From a virus (taxonomy: Duplodnaviria > Caudoviricetes): a stretch of 60,037 nucleotides of DNA. The stretch covers positions 1 to 60,037 of IMG/VR virus record IMGVR_UViG_3300023178_004792. One strand, given 5' to 3'. The notes beneath the pieces were generated by a model. That model did no database searches, was not told where the DNA came from, and worked only from the letters and a program-made list of their open reading frames with translations. The position numbers and the translations under genes were made by a program. Shown here piece by piece: positions 9,117 to 18,363 of this stretch (the first letter of the stretch is position 1; the number at the start of each line of letters is the position of its first letter).

Positions 9117-10724
9117 CTAGAAAGATTTGTTAAATCCTAGTGTAAACTTCCTGCCTTCCTGGCTGAAACCATGCGGAGACTCGTAGTCTTCGTCTAACAA
9201 GTTCAGTAAACTAATACCAAAATCTATTCCATGGTAATTGTATCCTATGTTGAGGTCAAGCAAGTGTGTCTCAGGCATGGATATTGTTGACCAGTTGGAA
9301 TTGTGTACATCAAGGTGTTTGCCCTTGTACTTGTAATTGGTAGTCAAAGAGAAGTTATTTTCAAAGTCATAGTTGTGCATGAAGCCGAGATTCCAATTGG
9401 GTCGTCTCAACTGTACGACATCTTTTTTCTTGCTGTTTAGATGGCTCGCGAAAACTTTGAAATCCTTCTGTCCATAACTGAACTCTATGCCATCCGTGGT
9501 CAGGTCACTGATGTCGTTTTTGAATATCGTGGTTGCAAAGTTATTTTTTGTGAGAGTTAACTCTTGTGACTCACCGTATTCTATTGCTGTCCAGGTGGTC
9601 TTGTCTTTGTAACTGGTTGATGTGCTACCACTTAGGCTTAAACCTTCGTCCAATTCTTTGAAGAACCCCAACTTGTATGTTTCGTGTTCTTCGTCAAATC
9701 TGTGATGATATGAAAATATATTATAAGATAGGTTGTAGAAGTATCCTAGATTATGATGCTGTCCGGCTAGGGACTCGTTGTGTTTGTAGTCAAATCCAAA
9801 TCCAAACTTCTCGTATTGTTGTGTTCCCCTTATAGTATAGTTCTCACTCTCATAATGAGAATCATCATAGTCTCTGTCGTACTCGTGTGTATGGAACGTC
9901 AAACTGGAATTTTTGTAATCCAGTCCTGTCTGTAAGGCATAGAAAGTGTTGTCTGCCCATTTGCCGTCTTGTATAGAAACATTGTGCCCATCTAAGTCTG
10001 TGAATGTGTTCCTTGCGAACCAAGATGTTCTCCAATGCACTAGGTCATACCATTTGCTGACATTGACACCTATGGTCTTGTTGTCCACGCCATCCTTTTC
10101 ATCTGCGCCTGACAGGGCAGAAACATTTTCTGATTTGTGTTGTCCTGCTGATACAGAGATGTCAAAGTCATTTAAACTGGTGTAGTAGTTTCCGCTGATT
10201 GTTTGATCGTTGCCATTGCCTGCCAGACTTAACTTTTTATCATAGTCAACCGTGGTCCTGAAGTTTATAGCACCACCAACTGCGTCTGCACCCCAATGGG
10301 CACCTGCGGAACCTTTGTACACATCAATCTGCATGACATTAAACATGAAGTCCTGTCCGACATCGTGAGCACCTGTGGGTGTGGAGTAATCGTTTATTGG
10401 TATGCCGTTCAACAAAACAAGTGTGTGGTTGGAATTAGTCCCCCTCATGAACACGGAACCCTGTTGTCCCGTTGGACCAGACTGCGTTATGTCTAATCCT
10501 TGCACATAGTTCAACACCTTAGGTAAGTCTATGAGATTGTATTTTTGTATTTCTGATTTAGTTATTGTGCTTGTAGGTGTAATCTTATCGCCTAACGCAT
10601 TTGAATTATTTGTATACTTTGGATATATTGTTGTGCAAGGAATCTTGTTGTCCCACTTACAATCATCAGCATATGCCACACCCGTGAACATAAGCAATAC
10701 GAAAAACATTATATATTTTGTCAT
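9117..10724 (-). CDS. btuB: TonB-dependent cobalamin receptor-like outer membrane protein
   Basis: Signal peptide, plug motif FMRGTNSNHTLVLLNGIPI...GAINF, C-terminal Phe; lies downstream of a cobalamin riboswitch. Confidence 0.8.
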   Translation of the reverse strand: MTKYIMFFVLLMFTGVAYADDCKWDNKIPCTTIYPKYTNNSNALGDKITPTSTITKSEIQKYNLIDLPKVLNYVQGLDITQSGPTGQQGSVFMRGTNSNHTLVLLNGIPINDYSTPTGAHDVGQDFMFNVMQIDVYKGSAGAHWGADAVGGAINFRTTVDYDKKLSLAGNGNDQTISGNYYTSLNDFDISVSAGQHKSENVSALSGADEKDGVDNKTIGVNVSKWYDLVHWRTSWFARNTFTDLDGHNVSIQDGKWADNTFYALQTGLDYKNSSLTFHTHEYDRDYDDSHYESENYTIRGTQQYEKFGFGFDYKHNESLAGQHHNLGYFYNLSYNIFSYHHRFDEEHETYKLGFFKELDEGLSLSGSTSTSYKDKTTWTAIEYGESQELTLTKNNFATTIFKNDISDLTTDGIEFSYGQKDFKVFASHLNSKKKDVVQLRRPNWNLGFMHNYDFENNFSLTTNYKYKGKHLDVHNSNWSTISMPETHLLDLNIGYNYHGIDFGISLLNLLDEDYESPHGFSQEGRKFTLGFNKSF

Positions 10725-10764
10725 AACAGTAGCCTTTCATTAACGCCACTGTTAATTTTTAATT

Positions 10765-10884
10765 GTAGAACTAGACTTTCCCAGGCCCTCGCTCGACAGC
10801 GGACTATACTGGTTGGCACTCCGACTTTACGGTTCCTGGTAGAGCCATGGAATTACACCTTGATTCCCCAACACGATTCAGTAT
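10765..10884 (-). promoter_or_regulatory. Cobalamin riboswitch (AdoCbl-variant / Cbl-II type)
   Basis: Minus strand ATACTGAA..GGGGAATCAAGGTGTAATTCC..GGAACCGTAAAGTCGGAGTGCCA..AGTCCGCTG..GGAAAGTCTAGTTCTAC resembles the marine AdoCbl-variant motif; sits in the btuB leader. Confidence 0.85.
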
Positions 10885-10891
10885 TGCTATT

Positions 10892-10920
10892 ATTTTATAA
10901 CACTATCTTGGTAATGTCAA
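10892..10920 (-). promoter_or_regulatory. Sigma70-type promoter for riboswitch-btuB
   Basis: TTGACA-N17-TAAAAT on the minus strand. Confidence 0.7.
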
Positions 10921-10929
10921 CTGTACTGG

Positions 10930-11328
10930 TTATAGTCCCATCAGTTCACGAACCTCAGGATTTATCATGTCACGACCCCACTGTGGTTGCATGGTTATTT
11001 TGACTTTACATTTTAGATTTGGTATGCTCTCAACTTTCTGTTGTACATCTCTCGGAATCATGTCAGCGGCAGGACAGAATGCACTTGTAAGACTCATTAG
11101 CACATGAACCCATCCATCTTCTGTTACCTTAACATCATATATCAAACCTAAATTATAAATGTCGACACTGATCTCTGGATCATAACATTCTTTTAGTTTC
11201 TCAACTATCTTGGGCATGTACTCTGATTGTGTTGGTGGATGCTCTTTTATGTCAGACAGATCAGTCTTCAGTTGTGGATCTACTGATGCGTTTGGTTGTG
11301 GAGTCCATCCTGGCGGCATATCCATCAT
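10930..11328 (-). CDS. DUF59 / SufT-like Fe-S maturation protein
   Basis: YDPEISVDIYNLGLIY...SLTSAFCPAA...QPQW; start 11328 overlaps the sufE stop (ATGA). Confidence 0.85.
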   Translation of the reverse strand: MMDMPPGWTPQPNASVDPQLKTDLSDIKEHPPTQSEYMPKIVEKLKECYDPEISVDIYNLGLIYDVKVTEDGWVHVLMSLTSAFCPAADMIPRDVQQKVESIPNLKCKVKITMQPQWGRDMINPEVRELMGL

Positions 11329-11723
11329 TGTGCTATCCTTATTATCCTGTTGATCAATTCTCCCAGTCCATTTTGTCGTTGCATGGTCAGTAGTTCCTTG
11401 ATGCCAAGCCCAGTGAAGTTTTCCACTGTGAGATTTGCGACCTCGCTCCTGTGGCAACCGTTCACGATGTCCGTGACAACTTTTGCCGTGCCCTTTGTGA
11501 TGAATGCGTCTCCGTCCACTTGGTACTGCATGTTGTTGTCAGCATCGGCGCCACCTATGATCCATAACTTGCTGGCACAACCGTGTATGCGATTCTCCTC
11601 GGTCTTGGCCGATTCCGGCAGTGGCTCAACGTCCTTGGCCTTGTCCACGAGGTACTGCAAACGATCGTGTCCCTCCAGCATGGCCAGGTTCTCGCCCATT
11701 TCTTTTATCCTATCAATTATCAT
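11325..11723 (-). CDS. sufE: SufE family sulfur acceptor
   Basis: ENRIHGCASKLW, DGDAFITKG, RQNGL. Confidence 0.88.
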   Translation of the reverse strand: MIIDRIKEMGENLAMLEGHDRLQYLVDKAKDVEPLPESAKTEENRIHGCASKLWIIGGADADNNMQYQVDGDAFITKGTAKVVTDIVNGCHRSEVANLTVENFTGLGIKELLTMQRQNGLGELINRIIRIAQ

Positions 11724-11904
11724 CCTTGTCAGACTTAAACGGCAGGTTCCTGCCTGATAGTTCCTCTGGTTTAGGTTTGTAACCTTTCTTCATCTGGAAC
11801 CCGTAGCCTTGGCGACCCAGCGTGTGTATCTTGGGGTCGAACTGTGAGTTCCTTTCGGCTTCTCGCTCTCTGCGAGATTGCCCTGTATTCTTTTTCTTTT
11901 TCAT
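11713..11904 (-). CDS. Small basic hypothetical protein
   Basis: 63-aa ORF packed between ferredoxin and sufE. Confidence 0.55.
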   Translation of the reverse strand: MKKKKNTGQSRREREAERNSQFDPKIHTLGRQGYGFQMKKGYKPKPEELSGRNLPFKSDKDDN

Positions 11905-11910
11905 TTGTCC

Positions 11911-12237
11911 TCATTTGTCTTTGAAATATTTTTGTAGTTTGTCTTTTTCATCCCTATGTTCGTTGTTGGGATCTAATGAATCCTTTTTGGATGTCAGTAC
12001 CGGCCAACCCGATGTTGACCATTTTCGATTGAACTCCACCCAAGCCCTTCCGTCATCGTCGGTGTCGGGAAGGATGGCGTCCTCCGGACACTCGGGCTCG
12101 CACACGCCACAATCAATGCATTCGTCTGGATTGATCACCAGCATGTTCTCGCCCTCGTAGAAGCAGTCCACTGGACAAACCTCCACGCAGTCCGTGTGTT
12201 TGCACATTATACACTTGTCATTGACAGTGTATGTCAT
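11911..12237 (-). CDS. fdxA: 7Fe/8Fe ferredoxin (FdxA type)
   Basis: [21 protein letters not shown]...[12 protein letters not shown]. Confidence 0.93.
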   Translation of the reverse strand: MTYTVNDKCIMCKHTDCVEVCPVDCFYEGENMLVINPDECIDCGVCEPECPEDAILPDTDDDGRAWVEFNRKWSTSGWPVLTSKKDSLDPNNEHRDEKDKLQKYFKDK

Positions 12238-12435
12238 TTAGAAGTACTTCTTAAGCATCTCGATCTCGTCATCGTACTCGGCGATGATCTTGAGCTCCTT
12301 CTCTATGGTCTCCAACGTGTCAGGGTGCTCAGCAACTCCCACGGCCTTCTCCAACAGTATCTCTACGTTGGCCTTGTGTTTGTTGATGTGCCCCTCCGCG
12401 TGAGAGATAAGAGCTTCTTTGATTTCTGCTTTCAT
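12238..12435 (-). CDS. Hypothetical protein
   Basis: 65-aa helical ORF translationally coupled to rubrerythrin. Confidence 0.7.
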   Translation of the reverse strand: MKAEIKEALISHAEGHINKHKANVEILLEKAVGVAEHPDTLETIEKELKIIAEYDDEIEMLKKYF

Positions 12436-12857
12436 TATGCTCCTTTGTAGGCGTCCAGCGTTCTCTGGAATTTGCCTGCGTGTGACTTCTCAGCCTTGGC
12501 GAGTGTCTCGAACCAGTCGGCTATCTCGTCGAAGCCTTCTTCTCTGGCAGTTCTTGCCATGCCTGGGTACATGTCGGTGTACTCGTGCGTCTCACCTGCT
12601 ATGGCAGATTTTAGGTTTGTTTCGGTGTCACCTATAGGTTCACCTGTTGCTGGATCACCCACTTCCTCTAGGTACTCTAGATGTCCGTGTGCGTGTCCTG
12701 TTTCACCTTCCGCTGTTGACCTGAACACAGTTGCCACCTCATTGGCGCCTTCTATGTCGGCCTTCTGTGCGAAGTACAGGTATCTCCTGTTTGCTTGTGA
12801 CTCGCCCGCGAACGCATCTTTGAGGTTCTGGGCCGTTTTACTTTCTTTTAGTTCCAT
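12435..12857 (-). CDS. Rubrerythrin (no rubredoxin domain)
   Basis: [36 protein letters not shown] di-iron motifs; AAGGAG SD. Confidence 0.93.
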   Translation of the reverse strand: MELKESKTAQNLKDAFAGESQANRRYLYFAQKADIEGANEVATVFRSTAEGETGHAHGHLEYLEEVGDPATGEPIGDTETNLKSAIAGETHEYTDMYPGMARTAREEGFDEIADWFETLAKAEKSHAGKFQRTLDAYKGA

Positions 12858-12906
12858 ATGGATCTCCTTTGTAAATTACTGTTAAGATTGTACACTATTT
12901 TTTCCA

Positions 12907-13905
12907 TTAAGTCAAATACCCCTTGTCTCTCATATACCTTGTGATCAACTCATCGTTTTCATAAAATGGTATGAGATTTAATAGTTTGCTGTCTGGAATC
13001 CTCTGTTCATGAAGGCTCTGTCCCTCGAGAAAATGGCCTTTTGGAATTTCCGCTATCATGACCATGTCGTGAACTGGCAGGTCCAATATACCACACCATT
13101 TTTTTTGCAGTGGTTTTACACTATCTCTGACGTGCCAGTACCCTTTATCATGGAGGTACTGCAGACTGACGTGGTAGCCAACCTTGTTACCGAGTGGATA
13201 GAGGTCGTAGTGTTCAGGAACTGGCCTTCTGTGCAAACAAAAACCGCCCTTGATCCCGCTCAATGGCAAAACTTTTGTCATGCTATGGCTAACCAATTCC
13301 ACGCAATCTGTGTGTTCAAGTTTTTTTACATTGTTGATCAGAGGCATCCATATCAGGTCCAGCATCACCGGAATGCCATTTTCGCAACAGTGCTTCAGAA
13401 TTTGATCCATGTCATGATGGTATGTGAAGTTTTCAAAGTAAGGCAACGACATGATCAACAAATCATTGCTGTGCATCTGTTCTAAGGAGTCGATGTGTGT
13501 ATCTATTATGTTTTTGAAATACCAAAAATCGTTTTTGAATATTACTGGCCTGCGTGAACTGTGTCTGTTCATGAATTCTAGAGCGGTGTGGACAGTGGTC
13601 GAAAGCGGCTGGCAAACAAATTCTTTGTAATGCAATCCTATATCAGGTAAATGTGACATGTCTAATTTTTCATTACTTTGGTTTACTTTGAAAAGATCTA
13701 GGTCAAGTCCTGACAGCCAGCCTGTCATCTCTTCGCTTTGCAGGGCACGGAGACCCAATTGGATGCCACTTGCTCGAGAATGCAAATGATCAATCCTGCC
13801 ACTTCTTGGACGCTGGTAAGTCATGCCACCTCTCTTGGCAGAATTAGACAGTTCTGATCTTGCCATCAACCATTTTAATTCAAAAAAAATTTCTTTATCC
13901 AACAT
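12907..13905 (-). CDS. PLP-dependent transferase-like protein (divergent)
   Basis: VMLDLIW...SHSMTK...GIKGGF resembles the fold-type I PLP Asp and Lys motifs. Confidence 0.45.
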   Translation of the reverse strand: MLDKEIFFELKWLMARSELSNSAKRGGMTYQRPRSGRIDHLHSRASGIQLGLRALQSEEMTGWLSGLDLDLFKVNQSNEKLDMSHLPDIGLHYKEFVCQPLSTTVHTALEFMNRHSSRRPVIFKNDFWYFKNIIDTHIDSLEQMHSNDLLIMSLPYFENFTYHHDMDQILKHCCENGIPVMLDLIWMPLINNVKKLEHTDCVELVSHSMTKVLPLSGIKGGFCLHRRPVPEHYDLYPLGNKVGYHVSLQYLHDKGYWHVRDSVKPLQKKWCGILDLPVHDMVMIAEIPKGHFLEGQSLHEQRIPDSKLLNLIPFYENDELITRYMRDKGYLT

Positions 13906-14557
13906 ACTTAGATATCTCGTTGTTGATCATTGTTAGTTCATGAAAATTTTTCCAGTGTAGTTTTTTGAACACTTCTGACCATTGTGGGAAAACGTCTGTG
14001 ATTTCTGTGCCATGCAACCTATCGAGATCGTTTATCACGTTTACGCAGTCTAAATTGATGTCATTGTCTAACAAACTTTTGTAATTGTCAGGAACAAATT
14101 TATGCAACTGATATGGCATATTAGATACTGTCAATATTTCAGGTTTCAACAATATGTCTATAGACATTTCATATTTGTTTGTGGCACACCATTGTTCCAG
14201 TTCTTTGATTGAAAACACAGAAAACACATGGAGTTTGGATGCAATTTTGAAATTCACACCATTCGCATCGAACATCTTCAAATTTTCTTCCACCAAAGGC
14301 CAACTCAGTCCTGGACGCAGGTATTCTTGTGCCGCTCCAATACCGTCAAGGCTTACTTCTAGTTGTAGATTAGGGGTAGACTTACAGAATTCTATAATTT
14401 CTCGATCACACCTGGTGCCGTTTGTTACAAGTTTACCTATTGAAGACCTTGGGTGTTTGAATATGTGCCTCCTAAAGAAAGGTTCAACTGTGACGTGCCC
14501 ACCAATTCTGTACTGCCATCTGTATGGACAGTTGTCATTGACTAGCGTTTGGTTCAT
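13895..14557 (-). CDS. Truncated radical-SAM-like protein (no CxxxCxxC)
   Basis: VTNGT...VSLDGIGAAQEYLRPG matches the C-terminal half of the other rSAMs in the window; cluster motif absent. Confidence 0.6.
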   Translation of the reverse strand: MNQTLVNDNCPYRWQYRIGGHVTVEPFFRRHIFKHPRSSIGKLVTNGTRCDREIIEFCKSTPNLQLEVSLDGIGAAQEYLRPGLSWPLVEENLKMFDANGVNFKIASKLHVFSVFSIKELEQWCATNKYEMSIDILLKPEILTVSNMPYQLHKFVPDNYKSLLDNDINLDCVNVINDLDRLHGTEITDVFPQWSEVFKKLHWKNFHELTMINNEISKYVG

Positions 14558-14775
14558 TTCAGTTTTGATTCTAGTTCGTAGTAGCCACCAATATGTTCGT
14601 CATCCAGCCAAATCTGAGGCATCGTCCTCGCATTAGGAACCAATGCCAGCAGGTCTTGTATTTTGTGTCCTTCCGCTATATTCTTTTCCTCATACTCTAT
14701 TCCTTTAGATTTCAAAAGGGTCTTGGCCTTTACGCAATAGGGACAAGATGGTTTACTCCATACCACTGCTTTCAT
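14554..14775 (-). CDS. Glutaredoxin
   Basis: CPYC, TMPQIW, IGGY. Confidence 0.93.
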   Translation of the reverse strand: MKAVVWSKPSCPYCVKAKTLLKSKGIEYEEKNIAEGHKIQDLLALVPNARTMPQIWLDDEHIGGYYELESKLK

Positions 14776-14978
14776 TTATCACCTCCTAAATATTTTTTTA
14801 TTTTGTACCACATGTAAAACACTAGGTCATACCAAATTAGATTCAATAGAAATCCTAGTTTGGTGAAATAGATGCCAAAGACATAGTTAGGCACCACAAA
14901 CATAACCAAAATCATTGTGACTATGTATGGCCTCGCATAATCATGCGGCACTGTCCAAAATAACCAACTGTTAGACAT
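14772..14978 (-). CDS. Small membrane protein
   Basis: Two hydrophobic segments; overlaps grx start. Confidence 0.6.
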   Translation of the reverse strand: MSNSWLFWTVPHDYARPYIVTMILVMFVVPNYVFGIYFTKLGFLLNLIWYDLVFYMWYKIKKYLGGDK

Positions 14979-14982
14979 ATTG

Positions 14983-15336
14983 CTAGTTACCTAGCCTATC
15001 CAATAATTTTCTAATCTTTGGAATTCGTCTCGTGCCTATTCCGTGTAGGCAAGTCTTGTAGTAGATCTTCATGAACCAGTTATTTGTGTGGGAAAGTTTT
15101 AGTGAGTAATTGTAGAAGTCATGTATTGCTTTTTGGCAGTCGATAACTTCCAAGTTGTTTTCCTCAGCCAACAAAGGATCCTCACTCAATCTCAGCAACA
15201 CTGTATTGAACCTTTGAAGGGCCTTGTCTAAAGTACCAAAATATATGTCATAATTTCCAGGAAGTCTATCTAAGATGAACTGTTGTATTGGTCTGTTATC
15301 TAGCACAAACTGTTTATGGTCTACTATTTGGATCAT
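14983..15336 (-). CDS. Hypothetical protein
   Basis: ORF coupled to clpS. Confidence 0.6.
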   Translation of the reverse strand: MIQIVDHKQFVLDNRPIQQFILDRLPGNYDIYFGTLDKALQRFNTVLLRLSEDPLLAEENNLEVIDCQKAIHDFYNYSLKLSHTNNWFMKIYYKTCLHGIGTRRIPKIRKLLDRLGN

Positions 15337-15635
15337 TGTTTCTTGACTTTAACTTGTAATGGAAAATTTTCCTGTCTTGCCGCAAGTGTGGCCTCAATGC
15401 CTTTCTGCTCTGCGACTTCGTGTGTGTATGAACCCACAATGCCTTGTCCGTCTTGGTGGATCCTCCGGGTGATGCTTTGTGCCTGTTCTGGGGTCTTGCC
15501 GAATATTTGTTTCAGCACCTTGATAACAAATTCCATAGTGGTTATGTTGTCGTTTAGGAATATCACGTCGTACAAGCCGGGCTCGTCTAATTTGATCTTT
15601 TCTTTGGTTAATGTGTTAATGTCTGTTGCCATCAT
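15333..15635 (-). CDS. clpS: ClpS adaptor
   Basis: YDVIFLNDNITTMEFVIKVL...IHQDGQGIVGSYTHEVAEQK...FPL. Confidence 0.92.
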   Translation of the reverse strand: MMATDINTLTKEKIKLDEPGLYDVIFLNDNITTMEFVIKVLKQIFGKTPEQAQSITRRIHQDGQGIVGSYTHEVAEQKGIEATLAARQENFPLQVKVKKQ

Positions 15636-15718
15636 AGTTCCTTATTGTAGCATAATTCTGTAGTTTGTCAATGGAGGGGTGTTTTACCACCCCATCCATC
15701 TTGATTAAGGACAAGTGC

Positions 15719-16177
15719 TTACTTGATCTCGATAGTTCTTGGTGCTTTACCTTCTGGAATGATTCTTTCCATAGATACCTTAAGCAAACCATCTTTCAGT
15801 TCAGCGCCTTTGACTTCCACATCATCAGCAATAGTGAATGATTTCGAGAACCATCTCTTGCTGATACCTCTGTGTAAGATGTCACCGTTCTCGTCTTTGT
15901 CTTCAGACTTCTCGTCTTTCTGCTTTGACTTCACGTGCAACATATTGTCTTCGTACTGTACTTCGATGTCATCTTTACCAAATCCTGCCAATGCAAGTTC
16001 GATGTCGTATGTGTTCTTTCCAGTCTTGACTATGTTGTACGGTGGGAAGTTTGACATTGTAGGCGATCTGAAGAAATTGTCCTCATCGAACATTCTCTCG
16101 AAGTGATCGAACACGTTGTCAAATCCAACGGTTACTGGTCTTAATTGATTAAAAATAGATAGATGTTTGTTTGTCAT
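15719..16177 (-). CDS. Small heat-shock protein (Hsp20/IbpA-like)
   Basis: FPPYNIVK, IELALAGF, LHRGIS, AELKDGLL; AAGGAG SD before ATG 16177. Confidence 0.95.
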   Translation of the reverse strand: MTNKHLSIFNQLRPVTVGFDNVFDHFERMFDEDNFFRSPTMSNFPPYNIVKTGKNTYDIELALAGFGKDDIEVQYEDNMLHVKSKQKDEKSEDKDENGDILHRGISKRWFSKSFTIADDVEVKGAELKDGLLKVSMERIIPEGKAPRTIEIK

Positions 16178-16238
16178 TTTAGTGCCCTCCTTATTAAGCA
16201 AGTTATATTGAAGATCCTATCTATAGCAATCTTCAACT
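16178..16238 (-). promoter_or_regulatory. ROSE-like RNA thermometer in hsp20 leader
   Basis: 5' hairpin TTGAAGAT/ATCTTCAA (16208-16236), then CUUGCUU-AAU-AAGGAG (16187-16202) pairing with the SD around a bulged G. Confidence 0.65.
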
Positions 16239-16244
16239 GTATTT

Positions 16245-16272
16245 ATTATAACATATAATGGCTATATGTCAA
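16245..16272 (-). promoter_or_regulatory. Sigma70-type promoter overlapping a TAAATA motif (hsp20)
   Basis: TTGACA-N16-TATAAT with extended -10 TG, followed by TAAATA. Confidence 0.65.
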
Positions 16273-16293
16273 ATTGCGACCTTTTTTGGTAAA

Positions 16294-16572
16294 CTATCTG
16301 CCCCTGCCCCTTTGCACACCCATAAAGATGTTGCTGTCTCTCTCACGTTGAAGTTTCCTGAGCGTCTTGGCCCTCTGTTTCCTCTTCTCACGTTTTATGG
16401 CGCTGGGTTTTGTGAACACTGATCTGTCTCTGATTTGTTCTATGAAACGGTCTTCCTTGATCCATCTCTTGATCTTCCTGTATGATCTAATGGCGTCACC
16501 TCCTGGAGGTACTTCCACGTAGTAGCCTTGGAATCCCAATGGTCTGTTATTTGTTCTGTTGTTTCTTCGCAT
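16294..16572 (-). CDS. rpsU: Ribosomal protein bS21-like
   Basis: VEV..DAIRSYRKIKR..FIEQIRDRSVFTKPSAIKREKRK pattern. Confidence 0.75.
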   Translation of the reverse strand: MRRNNRTNNRPLGFQGYYVEVPPGGDAIRSYRKIKRWIKEDRFIEQIRDRSVFTKPSAIKREKRKQRAKTLRKLQRERDSNIFMGVQRGRGR

Positions 16573-17794
16573 CCGTCTTTTTAAATACTAACACAGGGTC
16601 AGCGCCATTGTCAACCACGTCGCCGTTTATTTGTATTCTTGTCACACCGTTGCGCCTCATTTCAGCGGCATCAAACTGATATGGTAAAACAACATTGTCA
16701 ACAATGTTTTTCAATCCCCTTGCATTCGTGCCCAGTGCTTTTGCTTTTTTGGCTATACTGATCTTGGCATCTTTGGTAAATTCAATTGTTATGTCATCAA
16801 GTCCAAAAAGATACTGAGTTTGCTTTAAAATAGCATTTTTTGGTTCAGTTAGAATCTTTACCAATTGTTCTTCAGACAGTTTATCAACATGGGTCAGCAT
16901 GGAGAATCTACCAACAAACTCAGGAATTAATCCATACTTGATAAGGTCCTCGGGTTTGACTTCCGAGAGATAATTTTTCACTTCCTTGTCTAACAATAGT
17001 GTATTGAAACCCATTCCACCGCCGTCTCTTTTGCGTATCTGGTTTTCTAGTTCCGTGAACGCACCACCAACAATGAATAATATGTTTGACGTATCTATCC
17101 TCACGGTCTGTTGATCAGGGTGTTTCCTTCCTCCATGTGGCGGAACTCTACATTCTGTGCCTTCCACTATTTTTAATAGTCCCTGCTGTACTCCTTCGCC
17201 TGACACGTCTCTGGTTATAGATGTACTCTCGCCTTTCCTACATATCTTGTCGATCTCGTCTATGAATATTATGCCCTTCTCTGTTTTCTCTAGGTCACCC
17301 TCTGCATTTGCATATAATTTTTGCACAACATTTTCAACATCATCCCCAACGTAACCTGATTCCGTCAATGTGGTAGCATCAGCAATAGCAAACGGCACGT
17401 CCAGGTATCTGGCTATAGTCTTCGCCATCAGTGTTTTTCCTGCACCCGTGGCCCCGAGAATCATCACGTTTGATTTGTCTAGGTCGAAGTCAATGGGCGG
17501 CTGTACAATCCTCTTGTAATGATTTGCTACTGCAACAGCGAGAACGGTCTTGGCGTAGTCTTGCCCAATGACATATCTGTCCAGTTCTTCCTTGATTGTT
17601 ACAGGGTTAAGAATGCTTTTATCACCTGCGTACAGTTTCTCCTTACGAGACTTGACAGTGTCCTCCTCGAGTATCTCCACACAGAGTTTGACACACTCAT
17701 TACAAATGGATGTCTTTTGGGCACCCACTATCATTTTTGTGACGTCTTTCCGAGACTTGTTGCAGAAGGAACAGTTGTTGTACTCTTCCGCCAT
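16547..17794 (-). CDS. clpX: ATP-dependent Clp protease ATPase subunit
   Basis: C4 zinc domain CSFC...[33 protein letters not shown] loop. Confidence 0.96.
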   Translation of the reverse strand: MAEEYNNCSFCNKSRKDVTKMIVGAQKTSICNECVKLCVEILEEDTVKSRKEKLYAGDKSILNPVTIKEELDRYVIGQDYAKTVLAVAVANHYKRIVQPPIDFDLDKSNVMILGATGAGKTLMAKTIARYLDVPFAIADATTLTESGYVGDDVENVVQKLYANAEGDLEKTEKGIIFIDEIDKICRKGESTSITRDVSGEGVQQGLLKIVEGTECRVPPHGGRKHPDQQTVRIDTSNILFIVGGAFTELENQIRKRDGGGMGFNTLLLDKEVKNYLSEVKPEDLIKYGLIPEFVGRFSMLTHVDKLSEEQLVKILTEPKNAILKQTQYLFGLDDITIEFTKDAKISIAKKAKALGTNARGLKNIVDNVVLPYQFDAAEMRRNGVTRIQINGDVVDNGADPVLVFKKTDAKKQQNK

Positions 17795-18363
17795 TAACGA
17801 CTATCTTTAAGTTTTTTGATTTTAGGAAACAGTTCTTGCATGTTGTTGATCTTGTTTCTGTTCAGAACGCCAAACGATGCTGAATCATCAGGGTTTGAAT
17901 TCAAGAACCAAGTCTTTGACATTGTGAGTATGTATCCTGACCATACCTTCATTTGGTTTGAACTGTAATCCATATTCATTATCACAGTGGTGGCGGCCCT
18001 ACATGCGTTCAATAACCATGTGTAGTCTCTGCCTTTTTGATTAGGTTTCCATGACTCCAGATACTTTTCATACTCGGGATCATCTCCACCAAACGGATCT
18101 AGATTAGAAAAGTTGTTGTCGTCCCATAGGTATATGGTTATATCTTCCTTGGGAAAATACTTGTTGATCTGATCTGCGAAGTTGTCCTTGTCTCTCCTAC
18201 TCAAATTGACAAGACAAAAACTTTTATTTTGATTTTGGAAAAAACTAGGCGGAGTAACCATGGTTATGGTGCCCATCTTTTTACGTAACTCCAGTTTTTC
18301 GCCTGTGGCCGCGTAAGTCTGCTTTTGTTCCTTGTTGCCTTGTTTTTTTGTTGTGTCAGTCAT
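17794..18363 (-). CDS. Hypothetical protein
   Basis: 189-aa ORF coupled to clpX. Confidence 0.65.
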   Translation of the reverse strand: MTDTTKKQGNKEQKQTYAATGEKLELRKKMGTITMVTPPSFFQNQNKSFCLVNLSRRDKDNFADQINKYFPKEDITIYLWDDNNFSNLDPFGGDDPEYEKYLESWKPNQKGRDYTWLLNACRAATTVIMNMDYSSNQMKVWSGYILTMSKTWFLNSNPDDSASFGVLNRNKINNMQELFPKIKKLKDSR

